Shown here in pieces: positions 1-7,870 of a stretch of 50,007 bases of DNA; position 1 is the first letter of the stretch; every line of letters starts with the position of its first letter. The notes beneath the pieces were generated by a model. It was not told the origin of the DNA. It worked only from the letters and a program-made list of their open reading frames with translations, and did not search any database. Position numbers and translations under genes: made by a program. The stretch comes from Minisyncoccota bacterium. GTDB taxonomy: Bacteria > Patescibacteriota > Minisyncoccia > Phycocordibacterales > UBA2100. Location of the stretch: the NCBI GenBank assembly GCA_043780835.1, contig JAYWCB010000015.1, positions 1-50,007 of the forward strand, written 5' to 3'.

Positions 1-78
1 ACCTTCCGAGTACCCCGCCCTTCAAAGTAAGAAAATACCCTTCATCGGCGGATGTTTCGGGCGGGGTTTTTGTATATA

Positions 79-110
79 AAAAAGGCTCCCCTTACGGGGA
101 GCCTTCTCTT
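79..110. terminator. Intrinsic terminator-like hairpin
   Basis: aaggctcccc-ttac-ggggagcctt stem with an A-tract on the left. Confidence 0.55.
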
Positions 111-206
111 AGTGACCGCCTAGAGACATAGAATGCTTCTTTGGCTGATAACGAGAGAGCTTTTAGTATGACACGGTATTTAGGTCCGAAAGAGCGTCTG
201 TGGATA

Positions 207-233
207 AAAAAGAGAGCCCGTAGGGGCTCTCAA
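207..233 (-). terminator. Terminator downstream of the purC-purE fusion
   Basis: gagagccc/gggctctc stem with an A-tract (U-tract on minus strand) just past the stop at 255. Confidence 0.55.
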
Positions 234-254
234 TTGATGTCACATGTGCAGTTG

Positions 255-1538
255 TCAGATTGTAACTGTGTTTGTCGCCCGGCTTTCAATATCGGCGCGA
301 CGACTTGCATACAGCTTAGGATTACGGGCGGCGAGGATATTGAGTGCCGCCTCGACTGCATTTTTTGGATCGAGTACTGTCATGACCGGCACGTTGCTTG
401 GAGTTCTGAGCGACGACCACACGTCTTCGCGGAACTCTTTATAACTGGCCGGAACCGTGATGACCGGAACGGTTGTCTGTGCAGAGAGTGTGGGACCGGC
501 GCCGTTCGACATGCCAATGAAGGCAATGACCACAGAATCCGGAACCTCCTGAAGCGTTCGATGGAGGAGCTGGATCGCTTGCACCGGCTGCTTGTGCGCG
601 GAGCAGGTAATGACTTCAATTTCCACCGAATCGTTAATCGCATGCTTGAAGGATAAGAGGTCATCCTTATCTGACCCACGCCAGAGCACGATGCGCTGAC
701 GAGGGATGGTGAAGTGATCCGTGAGCGAAGCCACGTGCGCGTAGCGTGCGGCGACATCGCTTAAAGATCCGCCGTCTCGATAGACCTGCTTGTCGATGTA
801 GGCGCGGTTTTCGAGCAGCCGCCACGAATCGTTATCAATGACGTCGGCAAGCAGCAGTTGTCCGTCCGAATCAAGGCCGAACTCGACTTTGAAATCGACC
901 AGCGTTCGCCCGAGCAATTGCCACGACTTTTCGAGCACGAGGAATGTGCGACGGGCCATTTCTTCCATTACCGGAAATAGTCGCCACTCTTCGTCGTATC
1001 CGAATACATTCGATGCCGGCAACACCAGGAACGGTTGCTGCAAGTGCAGCGGTTTTGCAGGATCAAAGAGTTCGATCGTGCAGTCGCCGACGAGGTGCCG
1101 CATAAACGGATCGTCCGCGATCAGTGGTTTGCCCTTCCAGTTCTTCCCGGAGGTCTTCAGGTAGGACTCCACGATCAATCGCGGAAACAACTGCCCTTTT
1201 GCAAGATGCGGATTCCGCTTCAGATACGAACCGTGCCCTTCGCGTCGCACCACCACTTCGTACGGAAGCATAGTGCACTTCGGTGCGATGAATGAATTTG
1301 CACCGTCCTGTTTGACGAACGCAACCGGAATATCGCATGCCTTTAGGAGACTAAACACGTTCGACGTAGTTTTCGTTGCGAGCACCCCCTTGTCAGGGAT
1401 GACATCGTGCTTTGCGCCGTCGCCGGCGGTGATGTCGTCCTTGGCGATTAATGCGACAAGGCTCGTACCTTCCAGGGTGAAGATCGTCTTGGTTTTCCCT
1501 TCGATAACAACCTTACCGTTGGGATACTTGGTCTGCAT
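255..1538 (-). CDS. purC: Bifunctional SAICAR synthetase / AIR carboxylase (PAICS-type PurC-PurE fusion); start uncertain (1538 or 1565)
   Basis: EGKTK, KDDITAGDG, LVDFKVEFG and LADVIDNDSWRL (PurC); SAHK, SNGAGP and DVWSSLRTPS (PurE domain). Confidence 0.9.
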   Translation of the reverse strand: MQTKYPNGKVVIEGKTKTIFTLEGTSLVALIAKDDITAGDGAKHDVIPDKGVLATKTTSNVFSLLKACDIPVAFVKQDGANSFIAPKCTMLPYEVVVRREGHGSYLKRNPHLAKGQLFPRLIVESYLKTSGKNWKGKPLIADDPFMRHLVGDCTIELFDPAKPLHLQQPFLVLPASNVFGYDEEWRLFPVMEEMARRTFLVLEKSWQLLGRTLVDFKVEFGLDSDGQLLLADVIDNDSWRLLENRAYIDKQVYRDGGSLSDVAARYAHVASLTDHFTIPRQRIVLWRGSDKDDLLSFKHAINDSVEIEVITCSAHKQPVQAIQLLHRTLQEVPDSVVIAFIGMSNGAGPTLSAQTTVPVITVPASYKEFREDVWSSLRTPSNVPVMTVLDPKNAVEAALNILAARNPKLYASRRADIESRATNTVTI

Positions 1539-1677
1539 GTCGTTTCGAGTACGTAACACGCTCATGTGGTGCCTCCCTCTGTTGTGACTGTAAAACAGCA
1601 ACCAGCCGCTACCCTATCGTATTTTTACGTATTGGGTAAGTGTCTTCCTCAATGCTTCATAGTGCGGCGCTTAGGCT

Positions 1678-1998
1678 ATGGATATGACAACAGATCAATA
1701 TCACGAACCGCCTGAAGAATTATCCGAAGAAACACGCACGTTTGCTCGCATGATCACCTCGCTTATCGAAGAGGCCGACGCGATTAATTGGTATGAGCAG
1801 CGCATGTCAGTCGAGAAAGATGCGGTCGCAAAAGCCATACTTGAAAATGCGCAAAAAGAAGAATTCAAACACTTCGGCATGGACCTCGAATTTCTGTTAC
1901 GTCGCATGCCGACGTGGCGAGAAACACTGCAAGGTATTTTATTTACCTCGGGCGACATCGTGAAAAACGCCGAGAAAGCTGAGGAGAACGCGGATTAA
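1678..1998 (+). CDS. Ferritin-like protein, encapsulated-ferritin (EncFtn) type
   Basis: SLIEEADAINWYEQR...AILENAQKEEFKH di-iron half-site pattern, 106 aa. Confidence 0.75.
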   Translation: MDMTTDQYHEPPEELSEETRTFARMITSLIEEADAINWYEQRMSVEKDAVAKAILENAQKEEFKHFGMDLEFLLRRMPTWRETLQGILFTSGDIVKNAEKAEENAD

Positions 1999-2008
1999 TT
2001 ACTTTTCG

Positions 2009-2464
2009 TTAGTCTCCCTGTCGCGCCTGGACCTTTTGGATGTCGGCCAGAAGTTCAGCTGAGTGACTCGCGGGATCGACTTGCGGATAGCATTTCAAAA
2101 CAGATCCGGTTGGACTGATGAGATACGTGATACGTTTCGGCAAAAACCATCCTTTTGCTCCATATGCCGATGCGATCTTTTGGTCGAGATCGGACAAAAG
2201 TGTAAACGGAAGTTTGTACGTCTCGGCAAACTCCGCGTGTTTTTCGGGCGTTCCAAGACTGATGCCGATAACCGCAACGCCGCGTTTTTCGAATTCTTCG
2301 TATGAGTCGCGAATGTCGCATGCTTCTTTGATGCATCCTGCAGTGCCTTCTTTGGGATAGAAATATACCACTACATACTTCCCCCGAAATTCCTCGAGCG
2401 TTCGTTCGGATCCATGTTGATCACGAAGTGAAAAATCAGGGGCAACAGAATTGACCGTCAGCAT
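2009..2464 (-). CDS. bcp: Peroxiredoxin Bcp/PrxQ
   Basis: APDFSL, YFYPKEGTAGCIKEAC (PxxxTxxC with CxxxxC). Confidence 0.9.
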   Translation of the reverse strand: MLTVNSVAPDFSLRDQHGSERTLEEFRGKYVVVYFYPKEGTAGCIKEACDIRDSYEEFEKRGVAVIGISLGTPEKHAEFAETYKLPFTLLSDLDQKIASAYGAKGWFLPKRITYLISPTGSVLKCYPQVDPASHSAELLADIQKVQARQGD

Positions 2465-2468
2465 GACA

Positions 2469-2636
2469 CTAGTAGTCGCTCAGCTTAAGTCCCCCGTAAA
2501 TACCCGCAATTCCACCGACAGCGCTTAGTAAGATGCTCGAAAATGAAAGCATGCCGGCGCCCCACAATTCCGGTATCAAACCGCCAATAGTCGAACCAAC
2601 AAAAAGTCCCAACCAAATTAATTGTTTCCGCTCCAT
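2469..2636 (-). CDS. 55-aa Gly-rich two-helix membrane protein (absent from the ORF track)
   Basis: Translated by hand: MERKQLIWLGLFVGSTIGGLIPELWGAGMLSFSSILLSAVGGIAGIYGGLKLSDY; TACAAT 6 nt before the ATG; abuts bcp. Confidence 0.75.
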   Translation of the reverse strand: MERKQLIWLGLFVGSTIGGLIPELWGAGMLSFSSILLSAVGGIAGIYGGLKLSDY

Positions 2637-2695
2637 CTATCTATTGTATATGAAAAAGGCGCCCGTTTGTGCGAGCGCCCTTCTTAAAGTTGGAA

Positions 2696-3670
2696 CTATT
2701 TCTTCCGAATCCGATTGATTCGGTTCTCGATCTTTTCGATCGTCTGTTTTGTCGTCGCGAGCGCCTTGAGTATGTCGTTTATGGTCTTTTCCATATATGC
2801 GACGGTGTCGTTGATGTGACCCTTCTTCAAGATCGCTTCGATATCGGTCGCAGTTCGCGTCAAAACCCCGACTTTATTTTCGAATGAGCGCCATTGTTGT
2901 ATCGGTGATGAATCACGGATGCGTGTATTACCGGTACGCTTGGCCACCTTGACCACTTCGCCTCGCACGCGACCGACCGATATATCCTTTGCGATTACCC
3001 GCTGCGCAAGCAACATCTGATGTTTCTTGCCGAGCTTGGCAATCTGCATCGCAGCCATAACAGGCAGTTGTTGTGAGCGAGGCAACGTCGGATCCATGAG
3101 CTTCCGTACATTCTCGTCAAGATCCTTCAAACCGTGGATCGATATGGCCCACGGTTCACTGATACCGAGCAGTGCCGCGATCTGATGCATCGGGAGCTTA
3201 AACGTCCGATACATCTCGATCGTACGCATGGTTTCAAGTGGCGTATGCGGCTCACGATTAAAGTTGATGATGCCCGAGATCATGAATTGAACGACATCAT
3301 CATCCGCATCGAGCAATTGTGCCTTGTACAAGGGCTGACGCTCGATCGGGATCAGATTGATTCCCCGCCATCTACGTTCGCCGTCGATCAGTTCGTAACG
3401 GGTTTTAGCCGGTTTTTCCCGGATCAAGCCCCGTTGCATTTGACCGCCCGTATCAATTGATTGGGCCATACGCTTGATACTTTCTTCGTTGAAGTACTCG
3501 CGCGGCTGCGTCGGATAGGGCCGAATGTCGCTCGCCAGCACACTGATGTCGACTGCCGAATCCAGTGCCTTTTTGACGCGCTTGAGCAAGTCTTGATAGT
3601 CAGCCGAATCAAATCCGTCAGCCCCTCGTGCTACGGTTTGTAGTGCGATATCCATGTGCGGTGCTCCCAT
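2696..3670 (-). CDS. ParB/RepB/Spo0J-family protein (orphan, no parA in the window)
   Basis: QPREYF, YELIDGERRWRG, NFNREPHTPLE, then an HTH-like IAALLGIS. Confidence 0.8.
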   Translation of the reverse strand: MGAPHMDIALQTVARGADGFDSADYQDLLKRVKKALDSAVDISVLASDIRPYPTQPREYFNEESIKRMAQSIDTGGQMQRGLIREKPAKTRYELIDGERRWRGINLIPIERQPLYKAQLLDADDDVVQFMISGIINFNREPHTPLETMRTIEMYRTFKLPMHQIAALLGISEPWAISIHGLKDLDENVRKLMDPTLPRSQQLPVMAAMQIAKLGKKHQMLLAQRVIAKDISVGRVRGEVVKVAKRTGNTRIRDSSPIQQWRSFENKVGVLTRTATDIEAILKKGHINDTVAYMEKTINDILKALATTKQTIEKIENRINRIRKK

Positions 3671-3724
3671 CGCTTGTGAACTGATTCCGCGGCAAGCCTA
3701 ACGCGGGCGCATTCAAATGGCAAC

Positions 3725-3750
3725 AAAAAGCCGCGGCATGCCGCGGCTTT
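3725..3750 (-). terminator. Terminator of the sigma factor gene (24-bp perfect palindrome)
   Basis: aaagccgcggcatgccgcggcttt at 3727-3750, next to the stop at 3757. Confidence 0.6.
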
Positions 3751-3756
3751 CAGTAA

Positions 3757-4608
3757 TCAATATTCAGCTCCTTGAATGTTCGACGGGCTGTCTTCCTCGA
3801 GAGCTCCGGAGGCAACGAGTTCCTGCCAGAGCTTTTCCGAGTCATCGAGCACGACGACTTTCTTGAGCGATCCGCGTACAAACGCGCCGTCTTTCACATC
3901 ATGGCATTCCGCATATAAGTCAGCATATGCTGCCGCGATTTGATAGTACGGATGCTTCTTCGGCACACCGCTAGTGGCGCACCGAAGGGCGGATACGTCG
4001 AGCTGCCGGATCTGATCCTCGTGCATGTTCCGCATGAGCGAGTTTCGCGCGCGGTTTACACGTGACTTGATGGTCCCCACCACACATCCAAGCGTACGTG
4101 CCGCTTCGTCGTACTCGAGGCCGAGATATCCGACCGCGATTAACGCGTCGCGCTGTTCTTCCGGAAGCAATGCCATGCACATGAGCAACTTATTGAGGTC
4201 ATGCGCCGACTCCGCTTCACGTGCGAAGATCGTTGTCGATTGCATCTTTTCAATTATCTCGGGCTCAAATGTTGTCTCGCGACGGCGTTTGCGATACTCC
4301 GATCTGAAAATGTTATGGAGAATCGTGAAGAGCCATCCCCCGAGGTTTGAGCCGTCAAAAAGATTGGCATTCTGCATTGCGCGTAAGACTGTTTCCTGCA
4401 CGAGATCTTCAGCGCGGCTCGCATCGTGACACAGCGAGAGCGCATAGCTCTTCATCGATGGCATCTTTCGAAGCACATCGCTCGTCAGTTGAATGCGCTC
4501 TGCTTCGGAGCGCACTGTAGGCACTCGTACGACTGCATCCATGATCTTTCCCCTTTTTCCTACCCTGACAGTAGCTCCGGGTTGCTTTTTTAACAAGCGC
4601 ATACGCAT
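3757..4608 (-). CDS. ECF sigma-70 factor, EcfG/ECF15-like, with C-terminal extension; start uncertain
   Basis: AEDLVQETVLRA, WLFTILHNIFRSEYRKRRRE (region 2); LPEEQRDAL...GTIKSRVNRAR (region 4). Confidence 0.85.
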   Translation of the reverse strand: MRMRLLKKQPGATVRVGKRGKIMDAVVRVPTVRSEAERIQLTSDVLRKMPSMKSYALSLCHDASRAEDLVQETVLRAMQNANLFDGSNLGGWLFTILHNIFRSEYRKRRRETTFEPEIIEKMQSTTIFAREAESAHDLNKLLMCMALLPEEQRDALIAVGYLGLEYDEAARTLGCVVGTIKSRVNRARNSLMRNMHEDQIRQLDVSALRCATSGVPKKHPYYQIAAAYADLYAECHDVKDGAFVRGSLKKVVVLDDSEKLWQELVASGALEEDSPSNIQGAEY

Positions 4609-4687
4609 CGACCGTAAACCTATCTACTTTTTTAGCGACGATTTTCAGCGTAACCCGAAGGGTCCCCTTTGGGGTACTCTTCTACGT

Positions 4688-4954
4688 ATGCACTCTGTGT
4701 ATATTTTGCGAAGTTCGCAACGAGAACGTTACTATATCGGTTCGACACATGACGTCGTTAAAAGATTGCATCAACACAACGCAGGAGCGACCAAATCAAC
4801 TAAGCCATATCGCCTGAGGACACTCATCTATACCGAAGCGTTTCTTGTAAAGACTGACGCGACAAAAAGAGAATGGTATTTGAAACACCCAAAAGGGTAT
4901 CTTGAGAAAAGATCAATAATAGAGCAGTATGGGTCGACAGGAGGGTTCGCATAG
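4688..4954 (+). CDS. Stand-alone GIY-YIG nuclease family protein
   Basis: VYILRS..YYIGST..KRLHQHNAG..KREWYLK; TACTCT 7 nt before the ATG; stop lies inside the tRNA. Confidence 0.85.
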   Translation: MHSVYILRSSQRERYYIGSTHDVVKRLHQHNAGATKSTKPYRLRTLIYTEAFLVKTDATKREWYLKHPKGYLEKRSIIEQYGSTGGFA

Positions 4955-5027
4955 TGGTCTAGTGCACAGTCCTGGAAAGACTGCGTCTCGCAAGGGACCG
5001 AGAGTTCGAATCTCTCACCCTCCGCCA
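4940..5027 (+). tRNA. tRNA-Ser (anticodon GGA)
   Basis: GGAGGGT/ACCCTCC acceptor stem, CAGTC-CTGGAAA-GACTG anticodon arm, long variable arm, GTTCGAATC T-loop, encoded CCA. Confidence 0.95.
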
Positions 5028-5100
5028 TAAGTTTTTAGTATCGGACGTGTGTTGAGGGCTAGAAGGCATCCATATAACATAAATAAGCTATTATAAATGT

Positions 5101-5841
5101 ATGGAATCGCCTGAAAGGAAACCGAGGATTGACCCTCACAAGTCCTCACTAATAAACATTAAAGCAGAAAATTTAAAGGATATAAGAAAGGATTTCGGCT
5201 CCATGCACAGAATTGTGGAGGATCCTGAAGGTCGCCGTCTTTATGGAGGCGAGCACTTTCGTTTCGGGTCCGACCAAATGCTTCTTACGCGCATGCTAAA
5301 AGGTATTGTTAATGTGTCTGACGTCGTGTTTGTTAAAGATGAAAAAGGCGAGGGGAAATTTTATTCCTACGAACTTCCGCTTGAAGATTCATCACCGGAG
5401 TACGCGGAGAGATCAACAGACCTCTACAACGCAGACGCCGGGGTATTTATGCTCACTCATATTTTCCACGACGGAGATCATAAATGGCCCATGGCCAACA
5501 CAAGAGCACAATATCAACGCCACGCGTTTTTTGACTTTGAACATTTTGGTGGTTTTTGGAGAGATTTTTATGCTGGGAGGCCTGAGGAAATTAAGAAAGA
5601 TTTACAGGGCAAAGATACCTATTCAAAACAAATTCTCAGCACAAAGATAGAAGAACTGTTGCGGAGATTTGATGGAGAAGAGGGTTTAAATTTTCTGCAA
5701 TTTATTGTAAGTTCTATTGAAAAAGAAGGCGCCGGTGTCCCAAAAAGTATTCAGGAGGCGCCGGGGGAAGACAAGGTAACCGCTTTCCAAGCTGAACTAA
5801 TCAAGAGAATACAAAAGGTCAAAGCCCAAATTGAGGCTTAA
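5101..5841 (+). CDS. Hypothetical protein, possible HipA/PI3K-like kinase fold
   Basis: AT-rich 246-aa ORF; IFHDGDH-x5-N...FFDFE resembles the catalytic-loop and metal-binding motifs. Confidence 0.6.
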   Translation: MESPERKPRIDPHKSSLINIKAENLKDIRKDFGSMHRIVEDPEGRRLYGGEHFRFGSDQMLLTRMLKGIVNVSDVVFVKDEKGEGKFYSYELPLEDSSPEYAERSTDLYNADAGVFMLTHIFHDGDHKWPMANTRAQYQRHAFFDFEHFGGFWRDFYAGRPEEIKKDLQGKDTYSKQILSTKIEELLRRFDGEEGLNFLQFIVSSIEKEGAGVPKSIQEAPGEDKVTAFQAELIKRIQKVKAQIEA

Positions 5842-5877
5842 CTTCCCTTTAAACAATCATTTTAAACCTCGAAGCTG

Positions 5878-5957
5878 TATCGGGAGGCGAGGCCTCCCGA
5901 TAAAGTTTGAATTCGAGACGGCCCGCCCAAGGTATTTAGTATCGGAGATATGCCGAG
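5878..5957 (+). repeat. Left cassette element A, copy 1
   Basis: 76/80 identical to 7022-7101; begins with the hairpin tatcgggaggc-gag-gcctcccgata. Confidence 0.9.
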
Positions 5958-6023
5958 AGTTGCCCCTGCGATACGCTCCAGGCGGCCTCACAAGCCCACG
6001 CCTGATGGGCTACAATATTGGCA

Positions 6024-6764
6024 ATGTTCAATTTTCTCGCTCAGAACATTTACCTCTTTTACGGCATCGTTCTTCTAACTTCACTTCTCTCGGCATCATT
6101 CGGCGTTGGCAGTTTTATTCTCATACCTCTGGCCGCAATAGTTTTCGGATCAAAGGAAGCAATAGGTATCATCACGATTTATTTTCTTTTTCAAAACATC
6201 AACAAGATTATAGTTTTTCGTAACCACATCGATCGAGATGTCGCCCTTAAGATGGTACTTTGGTCTATCCCCGGCGCTATAGTAGGAAGTTTCGCTTTGA
6301 ACTTCATTCCTATAGGCATATTCAATAAAGTATTGGCTATTTTCATCCTGGCATACCTTGCCAACGATGTATTCGAATTTATTCCGAAGAAACACTCCAG
6401 TGTCAGCGCGATCCCACTGCTCGGGACACTCTATGGATTTATGTCTGGTTTAGTTGGTAGCGGCAATCTGGTAAAAGGGCCTCTTTTCACAAGTATTGGA
6501 CTCCTGAAAGAAAGTTATATTGGAACTTACGCAGTCACATCATTCTTTGTAAACGTTCCTAAAATACTTGTGTATTTGGCGATTGGTGTAATCGTTGGTT
6601 CGACGTTTGTAAAAGCTATTCCGTTTCTTTTCATATCAATCATCGGAACCTATATCGGCAAGCACTTTCTTTCAAAAGTTCACGACAAGGTATTTTACTA
6701 CGCACTCAATATTATCTTCGCAATCTCGGCGGTCGCGCTCCTCTTTGGTCAATCAGTCTCTTAG
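6024..6764 (+). CDS. TauE/SafE (TSUP) family membrane transporter
   Basis: About 8 hydrophobic helices, FGVGSFILIP, GFMSGLVGSG, IGT motifs; TACAAT 7 nt before the ATG. Confidence 0.8.
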   Translation: MFNFLAQNIYLFYGIVLLTSLLSASFGVGSFILIPLAAIVFGSKEAIGIITIYFLFQNINKIIVFRNHIDRDVALKMVLWSIPGAIVGSFALNFIPIGIFNKVLAIFILAYLANDVFEFIPKKHSSVSAIPLLGTLYGFMSGLVGSGNLVKGPLFTSIGLLKESYIGTYAVTSFFVNVPKILVYLAIGVIVGSTFVKAIPFLFISIIGTYIGKHFLSKVHDKVFYYALNIIFAISAVALLFGQSVS

Positions 6765-6772
6765 GAGTAGCT

Positions 6773-6862
6773 TGCTGTCGAGGCATCACTGTGGCGCCAA
6801 GAAAGTCTCCAGAAAATCCTTGTGGGGCTTGAACCAGTGGGGACTAACTGCGGGCCGCCCGC
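6773..6862 (+). repeat. Right cassette element B, copy 1
   Basis: Ungapped 90-bp match to 7461-7550, core ccttgtggggcttgaa...actaactgcggg..gcccgc. Confidence 0.85.
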
Positions 6863-6935
6863 TAAGTCGAGCTAGGTCATCGCGCTCAAGGTGCGAGGAT
6901 ATACACGGCGTTGCCCACGCGACATAATTGTCCTT

Positions 6936-7021
6936 ATGAAAGAAAAGACTGCAAGTGCACTTCGATGGATAGTTGAAATTTTGAATAAGCATCACATTTC
7001 TTACCAAATTGCCGGAGGATT
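6936..7021 (+). pseudogene. 5' fragment of a gene (nucleotidyltransferase-like N-terminus) cut by element A
   Basis: MKEKTASALRWIVEILNKHHISYQIAGGF ends where A2 begins; CATAAT 7 nt before the ATG. Confidence 0.55.
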
Positions 7022-7101
7022 TATCGGGAGGCGGGGCCTCACGATAAAGTTTGAATTCGAGACGGCCCGCCCAAAGTATTTAGTATCGGAGGTATGCCGA
7101 G
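7022..7101 (+). repeat. Left cassette element A, copy 2
   Basis: Direct repeat of 5878-5957, followed by TATAAT at 7106-7111. Confidence 0.9.
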
Positions 7102-7118
7102 GGCTTATAATGAGCAAT

Positions 7119-7451
7119 ATGGTCAATAAAGTTAAAGCAGTTGCTACCTACTGTATTCCGATTGTTGTGATGATCGGATTGATACCCTTCGTGTCGAACG
7201 ACTATCTTTTGATCGCAATCTACATTCTGTTCACCATTGCGCTTCTATTTATCAAGAGCGAGAAAAACGACCTACTCGCCTTCCTGTTTGGCCTTGTGGG
7301 CATAACGATTTCCGAGGCCTTCTTTGTGAGTACAGGAGTCGAGACATTTCTCAGGCATAGTTTGTTTGGTCTCATGCCGATCTGGCTTCCATTACTATGG
7401 GCGTATGCATTCGTAACGATAAAAAGATCACTTCGAATCTTGGATAAGTAA
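7119..7451 (+). CDS. Small four-helix membrane protein (DUF2878-like)
   Basis: Hydrophobic 110 aa with ISEAFFVSTGV and PIWLPLLW; TATAAT 7 nt before the ATG. Confidence 0.7.
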   Translation: MVNKVKAVATYCIPIVVMIGLIPFVSNDYLLIAIYILFTIALLFIKSEKNDLLAFLFGLVGITISEAFFVSTGVETFLRHSLFGLMPIWLPLLWAYAFVTIKRSLRILDK

Positions 7452-7460
7452 TTTGGCCTC

Positions 7461-7550
7461 TGCCGTCGAGGCTCCGGCTTCTCTCCGAAAAAGTTGCTGG
7501 AAAAGCCTTGTGGGGCTTGAAGTGGTGGGTACTAACTGCGGGGTGCCCGC
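7461..7550 (+). repeat. Right cassette element B, copy 2
   Basis: Direct repeat of 6773-6862, 9 nt after the stop codon. Confidence 0.85.
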
Positions 7551-7606
7551 AATGATTCAAAAAATGCGCCACATGGCGCTTTTTTTGATTCATCATTGTG
7601 AGAGAT

Positions 7607-7719
7607 GGTGAGAGATTCGAAGGAGCGGCGGAGGCTCCATTAGCAGATGGAGCGACGCGAGTGTGGTCAGGCGGAGAAAAGTTTTGACGAAAACTTTTTG
7701 AGCGCTTGGCCGAATCTCT
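7607..7719. repeat. Multi-hairpin palindromic intergenic element
   Basis: agagattcg...cgaatctct outer stem, inner gctccat/atggagc and aaaagtttt/aaaactttt stems. Confidence 0.65.
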
Positions 7720-7817
7720 GTCACGCATATTTGCCTGCTAGCAAATCGAGCGACCCGCCTCGCGCCGTCGCGCTCCGTCCTTGCGAAGTTGCGCACTGCT
7801 CACTTCTCACCCTGCGC

Positions 7818-7849
7818 AAAAAAAGCGATCGCCAGAGCGATCGCTTTTG
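7818..7849. terminator. Bidirectional terminator-like hairpin
   Basis: aaaagcgatcgc-caga-gcgatcgctttt. Confidence 0.65.
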
Positions 7850-7870
7850 TAGTGTATGTCCTTACAGACA

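Noticed and set aside
168-203. MTRYLGPKERL resembles the N-terminus of ribosomal protein S4
   Set aside because: Only about 11 codons, runs into a terminator and antisense purE; cannot be distinguished from chance
3727-3750. Perfect palindrome near parB as parS
   Set aside because: Unlike the parS consensus; position and A-tract fit a terminator
4493-4687. Upstream extension of the GIY-YIG ORF
   Set aside because: Overlaps the sigma gene antisense; the domain begins at ATG 4688
6773-7550. B elements as integron attC sites (contain ACTAAC)
   Set aside because: No RYYYAAC...GTTRRRY pairing or full-length palindrome; no intI in the window
5878-7550. CRISPR array
   Set aside because: Repeats are 80-90 bp, only two copies each, separated by whole genes; no cas genes
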